DNA of 20,000 nucleotides from Trypethelium eluteriae (Eukaryota): NCBI GenBank assembly GCA_051942245.1, contig JAVECL010000064.1, positions 44,150 to 64,149 of the forward strand, read 5' to 3'. Shown piece by piece: positions 1 to 10,649 of this stretch (position 1 is its first letter; each line of letters starts with the position of its first letter). The notes under the pieces were generated by a model. It saw only the letters and a program-made list of their open reading frames with translations, ran no database searches and was not told where the DNA came from. The position numbers and the translations under genes were made by a program.

Positions 1-3000
1 GACGCAGATTTCTGTACGTCGATGACGAGTCCACAGGAACGAGAGGTTCGGCCCGGATTTGAGAATCAGGTCCCTCGAACACCGGATGACTTTGCAAAAG
101 CCTGGAAGTCCAGTTCCGAATACGAGCGTTTGATGAATGAGATTGAAGAATATGACAGGACTTACCCGATCGGCGGTGAATCTTTCGAGAAATTCAAACA
201 ATCGCGAAGAGCCCAGCAAGCACGTTTTCAGCGCTGGCAATCTCCATTTACGCTCTCCTACAACCAGCAGGTCCAGCTATGTCTCTGGCGTGGGTTCTTG
301 CGTCTCAAAGCTGACCCAAGCTTAACCTTCTTTCAGTTATTTTTCAACTTCATTATGGCCTTGGTTGTCGGCAGTGTCTTCTACAACCTCAACAATTTCA
401 CCCAGAGTTTCTATGAACGTGGTGCTCTCCTTTTCTTCGCTATTCTCCTTAACGCCTTTGGCAGTGCACTCGAAGTAAGTCTGTCGTCTTTTCCGTACGA
501 AGCTCTATCTAACGGCGACTCAGATCTTGACACTCTATGCGCAACGTCCGATTGTCGAGAAACATGCCAGATATGCACTGTATCATCCATCGACAGAATC
601 TATCGCTTCCATGCTGACGGACATGCCATACAAGATATTGAATACAATAATATTTAATACTACTGTCTACTTCATGTCGAATCTCCGTCGGGAAGCGGGG
701 GCCTTCTTTTTCTTTCTTCTGGTATCGTTCACTCTCACGCTCACAATGTCTATGCTATTCCGCTTCATCGCATCGGTGTCTCGGACTCTGGCTCAAGCGA
801 TGGCGCCAGCGGCAATTCTCATCCTGGCTCTCGTCATCTATACCGGTTTCGTTATTCCGACTCGATATATGCTTGGCTGGTCAAGGTGGATCAATTATCT
901 CGACCCAATTTCGTACGGTTTCGAGTCCTTGATGATCAACGAATTTCACAACCGTGAGTTTGGTTGCTCCCAATTCATACCTGCCTATCAGGGCGCTAGC
1001 ATAACCAATCAAATCTGCACTGGCGTTGGATCCGTCGCAGGTAGCGATTTCATCAGCGGAGACGCCTATATAAACTCGGCCTTCCAGTACTACCACTCCC
1101 ATAAATGGCGAAATTATGGCATTGTTTGGGTTTTCATGATCGGTCTCTGCGCTTTCTATCTGCTGGCCTCAGAATACATATCTGCCAAGAAGTCTAAAGG
1201 TGAAGTCCTTGTGTTCCGCCGTGGCCATGCTCCTGCGGCCGTGACGAAGCTGCGTGCAAACGACGAAGAGGCTGCCATCAATGGTGACGTGGCTGCAGTT
1301 ACGGAGAGGAACCTCGATCGCGATATTTCGGCGGTGATCCAGGAGCAGACAGCGATTTTCCACTGGAAAGATTTGTGCTACGATATCATGATTAAAGGTC
1401 AGCCTCGGCGTATTCTAGACCACGTGGATGGATGGGTTAGGCCAGGCACTTTGACCGCTTTGATGGGTGTGTCAGGTGCTGGCAAGACTACATTGCTCGA
1501 TGTCCTTGCAGACCGTACGACGATGGGTGTCATTACTGGAGAAATGTTGGTTGATGGGCGTCAGCGTGATAGCTCGTTCCAGCGCAAGACTGGATATGTC
1601 CAGCAGCAAGACTTACATCTGTCTACCTCAACTGTACGCGAGGCTCTCAATTTCAGCGCCTTGCTCCGTCAGCCAAGGCACGTACCGCGACAAGAAAAGC
1701 TGGATTACGTCAACGAGGTTATCAAGCTTCTGGACATGAAGGATTACGCAGACGCCGTCGTTGGTGTACCTGGAGAAGGTCTCAACGTCGAACAAAGGAA
1801 ACGTCTCACTATCGGTGTTGAACTTGCCGCCAAGCCGGAGCTTCTACTCTTCCTTGACGAACCGACTTCAGGCCTTGACAGTCAGACTTCATGGGCAATT
1901 TGCGATCTCATGGAGAAGCTTACGAAGAGCGGTCAAGCTATCCTTTGTACTATCCACCAACCGTCGGCCATGCTATTCCAACGTTTCAATCGATTGCTTT
2001 TCCTCGACAAAGGTGGCAAAACCGTGTACTTTGGTGAGATCGGTGAGAATTCGCAGACCTTGACCAACTACTTTGAGAGAAATGGAGCATCGCCATGTCC
2101 AAAAGATGCTAATCCGGCCGAGTGGATACTCGAAATCACTGGTGCCGCACCTGGCTCACATACTGACATCGACTGGTTCAACACTTGGCGTGAAAGTCCT
2201 GAAATAAAAGAAGTGCATGCTGAACTGGAGCGCCTGAAGGTGCACCGCCCTCAGGAAACGGCTCCAGCTACTACACCAGATAATAAAGACAGTTATCGGG
2301 AATTCGCGGCGCGCTTCCCCGCCCAACTGTACCAAGTCTTGAAGCGAGTATTCCAGCAGTACTGGCGAACCCCCTCGTACATATACTCCAAGATAGCACT
2401 ATGCACCTTCTCTGGCCTCTTCATCGGCTTTTCCTTCTTCCATGCTAAAAACAGCCAACAAGGGCTGCAAAATCAAATGTTCTCCCTCTTCATGTTGATG
2501 ACGATCTTTGGTCAATTGGTTCAGCAAATTACACCTCACTTCGTCACCCAGCGCGCTCTTTACGAAGCTCGCGAGCGACCTTCCAAAGCCTACTCATGGA
2601 AGGCCTTCATGCTTTCCAACATCCTTGTTGAGATTTTCTGGAACTCGCTCGCGGCTGTATTACTCTTCTTCACCTGGTACTACCCTATCGGTCTCTACCG
2701 CAATGCCGAAGCTACCAACACGGTACACGAACGCGGCGCGTTGATGTTCCTTCTCGTTTGGACCTTTCTCCTATTTACCTCTACCTTTGCCGATCTCGCG
2801 GTCGCGGGCATTCCGGATGCTGAGACAGCAGGCAATCTCGCCAACTTGGCCTTCTCACTTTGCCTGATCTTCTGCGGGTATGTTTCTCTCCCTTCGAAGC
2901 TCTCTCCACCATCACGTCACCGTTTTCCTTCTCCTGTCTTGTCTTTCCTTTCCTTCCATTGCTAACACTACTCCCTCCAGTGTCCTCGCGTCTCCCACTG

Positions 3001-3431
3001 CCCTACCAGGCTTCTGGATCTTCATGTACCGCATCTCCCCTTTCACCTACCTCATCTCAGCCATGCTTTCGACCGCCGTCGCCAACACGTCCGTCAACTG
3101 CGCCGATAACGAATACCTCACCTTCCCGCCTCCGGCAGGACAGACCTGCCTCGAGTACATGCAGCCCTACATCTCCGCGGCGGGCGGCTACCTACAGAAC
3201 AATGCGACTCGCGCGCCCGAGCTCTGTAGCTTCTGCTCCGAGAGCGATACCAACATCTTCCTTGCTGGCGTAAGCAGCTATTACAGTGAACGATGGCGCA
3301 ACTTTGGCTTCATGTGGGCGTTTATCATGTTTAATGTGGTGGTGGCGACGCTGATCTACTTTTTGGCACGGGTGCCGAAGAGGAAAGGATGGTGGAAGTT
3401 TTGGCAGGGGGAGAAGGCGAAGACGGAGTAA
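1..3431 (+). CDS. Pleiotropic drug resistance (PDR/ABCG) full-size ABC transporter, 5'-truncated by the window edge. Exons <1-474, 524-2877, 2981-3431.
   Basis: Joins three ORF-track frames through intron 475-523 (GTAAGT..CTAAC..CAG) and intron 2878-2980 (GTATGT..CTAAC..CAG), giving 1092 aa in the window. Begins in [11 protein letters not shown] (end of NBD1). TMD1 has [14 protein letters not shown] and the PDR motifs [10 protein letters not shown] and [11 protein letters not shown]2 has Walker [10 protein letters not shown], signature [19 protein letters not shown] and Walker [18 protein letters not shown]2 has YEARERPS, then [13 protein letters not shown] and RWRNFG. Confidence 0.97.
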
Positions 3432-4616
3432 ATCCGGGAAAGTCGTTGGGGGGGGGGGCGCCTCCATTCTGCTTGACATAGAACTTTTCCAAAATATTGT
3501 ATTAATGCTGAAGACGTCGCTTTTCTCGGTCTGTCCATCGAGCGGACTGCTTGGTTAGTAGAGGATGTATGGTAGATCAACGGGTCGTGGCTAGATTCAT
3601 AGATTTCCATGGGATTATTGTACAACTAGATATTCATCGTCTGCAGTGTTCCTCTGGTCCTGGAGATTCTGCACGGTCCAAAATACAGCATTGGCTCATC
3701 AAACGCCGTCGAGTATTGCTCACGTTATGACGAACTCCAAGCCTATCTTCACTTTCTCCGAGATGAATAGCTGGTCTGTCATAAGCAGCTTGCAACTGGA
3801 ATCCGGCACAAGTCTTCTCGCGTCTATTTTTGCCAATGTGAATCTCACTGACCAAACTCTAACAAATGTCATCCTTTGGACATATCCCAACAAGATCCAG
3901 ATCTCGGGCTAACCTTCGTCTTTCTTACCTTCTTCTAAGCTTGATTGGGGTTTAGTCGGACTGGGTAGTAGCAGTCATTCCTTTGCTTACCGTATCACGC
4001 GGTTGCCAGAAAAACCCGCACACCAAAACTGGGGGGTGCTTCATAAGGTACACAGTAGACAGAAAAGATCACACATGTACATTAGGCTTGTCTGCTATTA
4101 CACAGTCACCACCTTTTAGACTCAAGAGATTATTGAATAATAATTTTTACCCTGTAAAGGTAGTCTACAGGTGTGGCTGCTTTTCTGGCGAGGCCACCCC
4201 CAGTCTCGGTGTGCGGATTTTTTTGTCAACCGTGTGCGTATCAACGTATCGAGAGATGTCTGACCCGGTCCCTGCCGCCCCGCTCCCAACTTCCGTCTGA
4301 CTCCCTGGATCACCACCTTTCCATCACCACATTCCAAGCGATTTGAAGCCTTCCTATTTCCACTGACGCGCTCAGGAGATCCCGGTCTAGCAATATGTCA
4401 CCATAACTTGTTTCACTACGTCGATACAGGAGAGTCCACATAGGTAACAAAGCCACGCTGTTGTAGGGCCGGTGAGATCTTGAACCGCGTTTTCGCCTTT
4501 CGAATAAACATTTGAGTTGGCAATCAGGGGCACGACTCTTTCGGACCGACATTTCTTTTCGTACTTCCTCGAATCCGTGTTTTCCACCGTGTACCAGTGT
4601 CTTGAAATTCGCGGTC

Positions 4617-5892
4617 ATGGCCCCGAAGTCTCTTCTAAAGTCGTGGTTCCCTACCACAGCATCTCCACTCATCTGCAATGCTCCAATGTTTGGGACCGCC
4701 ACGTCCGACATGGCCACTGCGGTGACAAAAGCCGGCGGATTGGGAATCATCGGTGGAGGCTTCGACTTAGCTCCCAACTCGGCACAACTAACTGCCCTTG
4801 ATGCTGATCTCGCCAAAGCCGCTTCCGCACTGTCCATCGAACCCGGCCGAACTCTTCCTGTGGTTGTTGGCTTCATCACGTTCCATTCAAGCTTCGAACA
4901 TGTCCTCGAAACTGTTCCGCCGCTGCTTGAGAAGTACAGGGTAGCTGGTGTATGGCTGGCGTTTCCTCAGCCTGGCGCGCACGCGGATGTGATCAAGGAG
5001 CTCAAGCGGAAAGGTGAAGCATGGGGTCTGAAAGTTTTTGTACAAGTCGGTACCGTAGAAGCTGCGGAGGAGGCGGCAACGCATGGAGTGGATGTAATCG
5101 TCGTCCAGGGAATAGATGCCGGTGGACACCAGTGGGCGCAGGGGGCAAGTATTGTTTCATTGGTGCCAGAAGTAAGAGACATGCTAGAGCAGAATTTCAA
5201 CGGCCACAATATCGCCCTGATCGCTGCCGGCGGAATTATGGATGGGAGAGGGTTAGCTGCTGCAACGGCTTTAGGTACGTTGTCATCAACCTAGACTTGG
5301 CGAATGAGTGACTGATTCATCGCAACAGGTGCGGAAGGCATTGTGATGGGAACAAAGGCAACCAACTAGAATGAGCTGTGTTGAATCAGGCTAACGATTC
5401 ATTATAGTTCATTTCAACGACAGAATCGCCCAGCCCAGACGTCATAAAAGATAGATTAATATCTACGAGCGATGGAGGCGTTGCGACGATCAAGTAAGGA
5501 GGTCTGCAAGACCTTCCAATATCTCGATAAGCTGATTACGAGAAGATCTACTATACACGATGACCTTCAGGGCACTGGTTTTTGGCCGCCCTTATACGAT
5601 GGCCGGGCCATTATTGGAGAACCGTATAACGAGTTCAAGGCCGGTTCGTCGATGGATAGTCTTGTAGAGAGACACAAAACCGCTCATGCATCTGGAAATC
5701 ATTCAAGAAGAATTATCTGGTGGTACGGAAATATCCATGACCATAACTACATCTGTCGGCTCGAACATGCTAACCTATTGAAGTGGTACTGGTGTCGGCT
5801 TAATCAAAGACGTGCCTTCTTGTCAGGAGGTTGTGAGAACTACCTTGAGGCAATACAGCGAAGTCATCGAGCGGGTGTCCAACGTCCAATAG
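4617..5892 (+). CDS. Nitronate monooxygenase (2-nitropropane dioxygenase-like) FMN TIM-barrel enzyme, 352 aa. Exons 4617-5274, 5329-5357, 5408-5493, 5546-5722, 5784-5892.
   Basis: Motifs PLICNAPM, AVTKAGGLGIIG, VIVVQGIDAGGH, LIAAGGIMDGRGLAAATALGAEGIVMGTKF, WPPLYDGRA and WCGTGVGLI. Four 50-61 nt introns with branch sites restore a 1059-nt frame ending in TAG at 5890-5892. Confidence 0.93.
5358..5407 (+). other. Non-canonical GC-AG intron (intron 2 of the nitronate monooxygenase)
   Basis: AAG|GCAACC...GCTAAC...TTATAG|TTC. Splicing here gives the family motif GIVMGT(K/R)F, while read-through meets TAG after three codons. Confidence 0.75.
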
Positions 5893-6150
5893 GTTAGTTT
5901 TGACGTTTCATTCAATTGTCGCCTCATTATCTTATGACTTTCCTAGAGTTGGTTCGATGCAGTCACCGGCAAGAGTGTCTTAAATGTAGACAATGGGCAT
6001 TCTCAACAGTAGATTGACCTGACATATTTATGTATGAGCCGCATCCTCAAGACTTTCTCTCTGAGCTCGACCATTATGATAAGTTCCGCATAATTATTGA
6101 GGCAGTACCGCGCTTCATGATGCCGTCCTTCAGAAACTTACGAATGGGTG

Positions 6151-6693
6151 TTATGCTACGCTTTCGACAGCGTCCTTGATGAGATCGACTACAATCCTAG
6201 ATTGGCTCAGCATGACCAGGTGCCCAGCATCACACTCTCTTATCTCGCTTTTTGCAAGCTCGGCCCACGTCATCTGCAACTCCACCAGTGTTGCATTGTT
6301 CCCTTTGTAAATGAGATATATTGATGACACTCTGTCAAACAAAAATGGGCCATACTTGGGTGGCCGATCCCACTCGGGCTTAGCAATATCTTGGCTGAGA
6401 TCATTAACGAGGGTCTTCTCGGGATCTTTAACAAAGAGTCGCTCTCCCCGAGACTCGAAGAAGGGCGAGCACTGATCGAGCTTTGCCTCACGGACAAGCG
6501 TAGCCATTATTGCGATAATATTTATAACGCCACCAGGAAGACCAGCGGATTTGCGATCAGCAAGCGTCAAGCCGGGTACGGCGTTTGCACCAATAAAGCC
6601 GCCAGCCGAGTGCACCACAAGGACGATGGTGTTTCCGCGATTAGCTAGCACCTTATGTAATAATGCGTGTAAAGTGGGTACGCATCTCCTCAT
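6151..6693 (-). pseudogene. Degenerate alpha/beta-hydrolase (Abhydrolase_6 / methylesterase-like), N-terminally truncated
   Basis: Nucleophile elbow IVLVVHSAGG, AGLPGGV, NDLS and the C-terminal His motif CDAGHLVMLSQ are present. The N-terminal oxyanion segment (PGAWH-type) is absent, and the acid-residue motif reads YLIYKGNNA instead of YLxCExD. Confidence 0.7.
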
Positions 6694-6792
6694 ATACTAG
6701 TTAGATAATCAATGCAGAAGCCCATGGTGGCGCCGCAGAGATAGCTACTGAGTTAGGTATGCTGGCAACATTCGGTTTCTCATCTCATTTTT

Positions 6793-7310
6793 CGGAGTTT
6801 GTAAGAAACCCACCTCCAATCGGCGGGGAACCACCGCTAAAACTCCTTATTTCGTAATCAAACAACTACCTTGCGGTGGCTGGGGGGTTCCCCAACAGGT
6901 AATCAATACAATGTTACCTCAGTTTAACTGTTATGACCATGTTGGCCCATGTTAAGGCGGTGTTAACATGGACCAACAAGGTCTTAACAGTGAATTCGAA
7001 ATAACATTGTATTGATTACCTGTTGGGGAACCCCCCAGCCGCCGTAAGGTACTTACAACGTCAAGTATCGCTATCCAATCTTTTTTTGGTACCCTCCCCT
7101 CCACCCCTAACCACTCAACTAGAAGACATCTAGAAGGGCTTGAGGGCTTGTACTTGTTTGGGACAGGTTCCTGCACTTGTGCCGCCACACCCTAATCCTA
7201 TCAAAGTGGGTAGCTTGAAGCGCAAAAGATGGTCTTTGGTTTTGTTACAATGAAAAGGGGTTAAGTGATGGGCACCGTATCGGTCGGAGGTGGGCTCCTT
7301 ACAAATTCCC
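6793..7310. mobile_element. Old Mutator-like (MULE) non-autonomous element with degenerate TIRs, carrying a nested MITE
   Basis: Left end GGAGTTTGTAAGAAACCCACCTCCAATCG versus reverse complement of right end GGAATTTGTAAGGAGCCCACCTCCGACCG (24/29), with weaker similarity further inward. The termini resemble those of the element at 11222-11833. The candidate TSD is degenerate (CTCATTTTT / ATATTTTTT). Confidence 0.6.
6867..7051. mobile_element. Fold-back MITE with TA target-site duplication (Tc1/mariner-pogo type)
   Basis: 89-nt inverted arms 6867-6955 and 6963-7051 (78/89 match by hand alignment) around a 7-nt spacer GGCGGTG. The pairing begins and ends exactly at TA dinucleotides. No coding capacity. 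Confidence 0.85.
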
Positions 7311-7873
7311 ATATTTTTTTTTTTAGAAGACGACACTGCCACGACGAACCAATCCAAGTGCTTGAGTGAAGTCGCACTCGATATGGATCCACGGGAGAGA
7401 CTATTGTGAGCCTCAACTTCGATACCTCCGTACGGTCGTCCCCTTCGTATCCTTCAATGAGCGGCTTCGCTAGTTAAAGCTGAGGCCTTCCGGCTAACCC
7501 TTCCGGGTAGCCACTCATCGAGCACAGCACCGACAGCATCCCCAGATTCTGTCGATCACCGAGCTCTTGCGGCCTAGCTCAGGACCCTCTTTATTCGGCT
7601 GAGGCTTACTTCCCGCGACGAACCTCGCAAAGAATGATCATGCGAGATCCGAATACACCGTGGGGTCCGAATTAGAATATTCTTAGATTCAACGTTGCGG
7701 TAACGGTATGATTTATGATCGTCAATTTTTGATGTATATATTCTCAAAAGCCTGCCTTTCGTCTCCTCTCCACTCTCACCGATTTCTCTAATCTTCGCTT
7801 TGATCTCCATCGTTCAAGTTTCTGTCACAGTCGCTTGTACCACAAATCAAGCCCACTTAATCCATAATCCATA

Positions 7874-8338
7874 ATGCTCTCCCAAATCCTCATCGCTGCC
7901 ACGGCCCTCACTGGCGCCCTCGCCGCTCCCTCGCTCGCTCTCCGCCAGACTTCCACTCCTAAACCTCCCTACACCAATACGCTATGGTCGATCTCCAACT
8001 TCGCCATCAGCGGCAACGAGGGCAACTTCTTCAACCTCACCGTCACCGACGGCAACGCTACGGTGCCCGCGACCTTCACTGTGCAATGCACGCAGCAGAC
8101 CCTCGGCGGCGTCTCCTTCCAGAACGTGACTTGCGCCGAGAAAGATAGCGTGGGTGATGGCGATGTGTGGTTCAGCTATGATTATTATGCGGGCGGGGTC
8201 TTGAGCATCTTGCACGCGTACAAGAGTGGGTTTGGACAATTGGATCCGTATGACTTCTTCAGTGCGAGTATTGTCGATAATGGCGAGCAGAGGGACTTTA
8301 CGCTACAGGCGGAATTCAAGGGCGTTGCTAGTGCATAG
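7874..8338 (+). CDS. Small secreted protein, 154 aa, candidate effector (possibly Alt a 1/AA1-like beta fold)
   Basis: Intronless ORF with CATAATG start context and signal peptide MLSQILIAATALTGALA-AP. It has two Cys, N-glycosylation sequons (NLT, NAT, NVT), a WxISNF start and alternating beta-strand pattern, and strong C/G-ending codon bias. TATA-like TATATA lies near 7735. Confidence 0.85.
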   Translation: MLSQILIAATALTGALAAPSLALRQTSTPKPPYTNTLWSISNFAISGNEGNFFNLTVTDGNATVPATFTVQCTQQTLGGVSFQNVTCAEKDSVGDGDVWFSYDYYAGGVLSILHAYKSGFGQLDPYDFFSASIVDNGEQRDFTLQAEFKGVASA

Positions 8339-8973
8339 AGAATAACCAGAAAAGGATAGGGGCCCTGTGCTGTGGGAAGGGGATGGTTGAGGCTCGTTGA
8401 GATGTACATACTCCGTACAGCATTGTGAGATAGCGATATACCTTACTATCTGCCATTCATTTCAAAGATATAATTGAGTCGGAAAGCTACCGTAATAAGA
8501 CCTTAGTGCTGGAGACTACCCATTCCATAAATATAAATGTTTATATATATCGACCATTCCGATCTCGAAATCGTCGAGTGGAAGTACATAATATCCTGCT
8601 GCTCCCGCGATAGTAATGGCCACCAAATGTGAGGGCGCGTCAAGACATGGATCGCTTGAAATCCTCTGTAAGCCCATTGCTCGTATCCTTCGGCCTCTGC
8701 CTAAGGTATATAAAAAAGAAATTCGTGCTTTGTCAGGAGAAGCAGTGAGGAATATGATGTCATATAGTAGTGTCAGAAAGCCACCATTTGCTTCCAGCCT
8801 TACAGAAACCGGTCGCGCCAAACAACAGAGGTAAATGGAAGACCGAATTATTCCAACGCATCGAAAAAGGAGATGATTACCAAAGCTGGCGATGTTCCTC
8901 AAGATCATTAAGCCTTTTCACGGCGTGGTATAGAGTCCATGGGCTCGGTCATTCCGTCGGTATAGGTAAATAT

Positions 8974-9879
8974 CTATGCGTCTTGAGTAAAATAACCCTG
9001 CTTTTTCGCCCGTTGTCCCACCCATAACCTCCATGTTCCGTATTCATGACGAATGCCTGGAGGGGGATTCCTCAAGACTCCTTCAAATGTATCAATCTCT
9101 ATGGCAACCCGGCTTGACTGATGATATCCGACGACATCCACTCGTCCTCCTCCCACACTCGGGAACAGATTAGATAGGTTATTCTGTAGTAACTCAATAC
9201 GAGGATTATACGGAATACGCGAGCCACGAACAGCAGCAAGGGGTTGCGGTGTAACGATGGAAATAGTTATAGGATGGGGTACAGTTGGGGTCTCCTCATA
9301 AAATAATGATCCCCTGTTTCTTAGGTGTTCTATCCCAGGGCCTGTGCCTTGGCAAAGTCGGTCTCCAAATCGTATCATCGAGTAGGAACGTGCCCAAAAA
9401 CCTAATTCATCTCGCTCTTGCAAATTGCCACTCTCATCGCGATACCTGAATGTAGGAATGTCATAGATAAGCGAGATAAAGATACCTGTCCTGGTCATAA
9501 TCAGGACAGCCGTGTTCCCAGCTAAGTCCCGAATACCAAGGTAACTTTCGCCTAGGAAATCTGGAAAACGCCATGCTTGGTTTTTAGTTTGACCATTAGG
9601 ACTGCTGAGATCGACCCACTGATCTCGCAAGGCTATCCTCCTCCATAATGTTCTAGCGTATGATTGTTGATTAGGAATGTCAGATAAAAGGGTCAGACTT
9701 CGCTTCTGCAGACTGCTTCTCGTATCTGCATGGACAGCCAGAGTCTCATTGGCTTTGATAGTTCCAATTGCGCTACTACATGCAGCGTCATCGTTAGTCG
9801 CTAGAAGCGCAATTGCAACATTGGTCAGACTTAAGAGTGTAGTCAAGGAATTGATTTGTATGTAAGATAGAATACGCAT
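8974..9879 (-). CDS. Secreted protein, 301 aa, with a CNF1/CheD/YfiH-like deamidase-type motif lacking the catalytic residues
   Basis: ATG at 9879, a hydrophobic leader ending VAIA, and a pro-region ending LQKR (Kex2-type site). Core motif GIRDLAGNTAVLIMTRTGIFISLIYDIPTF. TATA-like TATATA lies near 9964-9970. Confidence 0.75.
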   Translation of the reverse strand: MRILSYIQINSLTTLLSLTNVAIALLATNDDAACSSAIGTIKANETLAVHADTRSSLQKRSLTLLSDIPNQQSYARTLWRRIALRDQWVDLSSPNGQTKNQAWRFPDFLGESYLGIRDLAGNTAVLIMTRTGIFISLIYDIPTFRYRDESGNLQERDELGFWARSYSMIRFGDRLCQGTGPGIEHLRNRGSLFYEETPTVPHPITISIVTPQPLAAVRGSRIPYNPRIELLQNNLSNLFPSVGGGRVDVVGYHQSSRVAIEIDTFEGVLRNPPPGIRHEYGTWRLWVGQRAKKQGYFTQDA

Positions 9880-10530
9880 TGCGCAAGATAGCAAGGTTCA
9901 GTACGTACTTGTAACCGATATCAGGGGAGATGAAGGGGGGGTTAGCGGGAGAGGAAAAGTGACTATATATGACTCACAACGCTCACCATCTACCTAGGTA
10001 CGTATAATTTCATAGATAATAGAAAGCAGATCTGCAACGTCAACACAGAAATGACGTCATTCACTTTCGAAAGCAAATACTTGCTTCCGTCTCTACAAGG
10101 ATCGGTCGTGCCGAAAAGGAGAGGTGACCGTAAGTGCGGCAACGCAACGTGGAAAGAGGTGGTTCTGGACTTGGAGATATTCCTCATAAGGCTCATAATC
10201 AATAACCATGGAACTCCTTCCAAATTCCAATCACTGGTATCAGTCTGAAAGCGATCCTTTATGACCGTATTACTGTCAACTTATCGATAAGAAACCCAGC
10301 TCTCTAAAGCCGACATAAAAATAAGATGGAGGGCGATGACTTCAATTTGACCCAGGTTCATGCAAATTTGAAGCTCGGCCAGGGATAGACACTGTTGCGC
10401 AGCCAACACGATTTGAATACGTTACATCAAGCCAACCAAGCGCGCCGCTTGCCATTTAGAATCAAAAGAATCGCGCACTATGTACGATAGCTCTGTGAGC
10501 GTCATCCTAAGTGCATCACTTCCACTGCTC

Positions 10531-10649
10531 CAGTGTTCTAAAGAATAGTATAATAGTAATTGCTATTTACTATTACTATCATAGAATTTGCATTACTACA
10601 TTACTATTACTTAGTAAAATAGTAATTATTTAGTAAATGTACATCACTG
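10531..10649. mobile_element. 119-bp hAT-like miniature element or relic
   Basis: Starts CAGTG and ends CACTG. It is flanked by 8-bp near-direct repeats CACTGCTC (10523-10530) and CACTGCTT (10650-10657). The AT-rich interior is made of ATAGTAAT/ATTACTAT motifs in both orientations. Confidence 0.55.

Noticed and set aside
3448..3458. 11-nt G homopolymer just after the ABC transporter stop
   Set aside because: Simple homopolymer in a 3' UTR with no supportable function.
2860..3479. Alternative-frame and antisense ORFs over the 3' end of the ABC transporter
   Set aside because: Explained by the codon bias and intron of the real gene.
3634..4337. Short ORFs between the ABC transporter and monooxygenase, with CAGTG/CACTG near 3644 and 3846
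   Set aside because: No protein motif, and no extended TIR or TSD. 5-mers occur by chance.
4310..4879. 189-aa minus-strand ORF
   Set aside because: Antisense shadow of the nitronate monooxygenase start, with no recognisable motif.
8516..8908. 130-aa minus-strand ORF between the two secreted genes
   Set aside because: Non-ATG start, no motif or codon bias. Likely UTR or intergenic.
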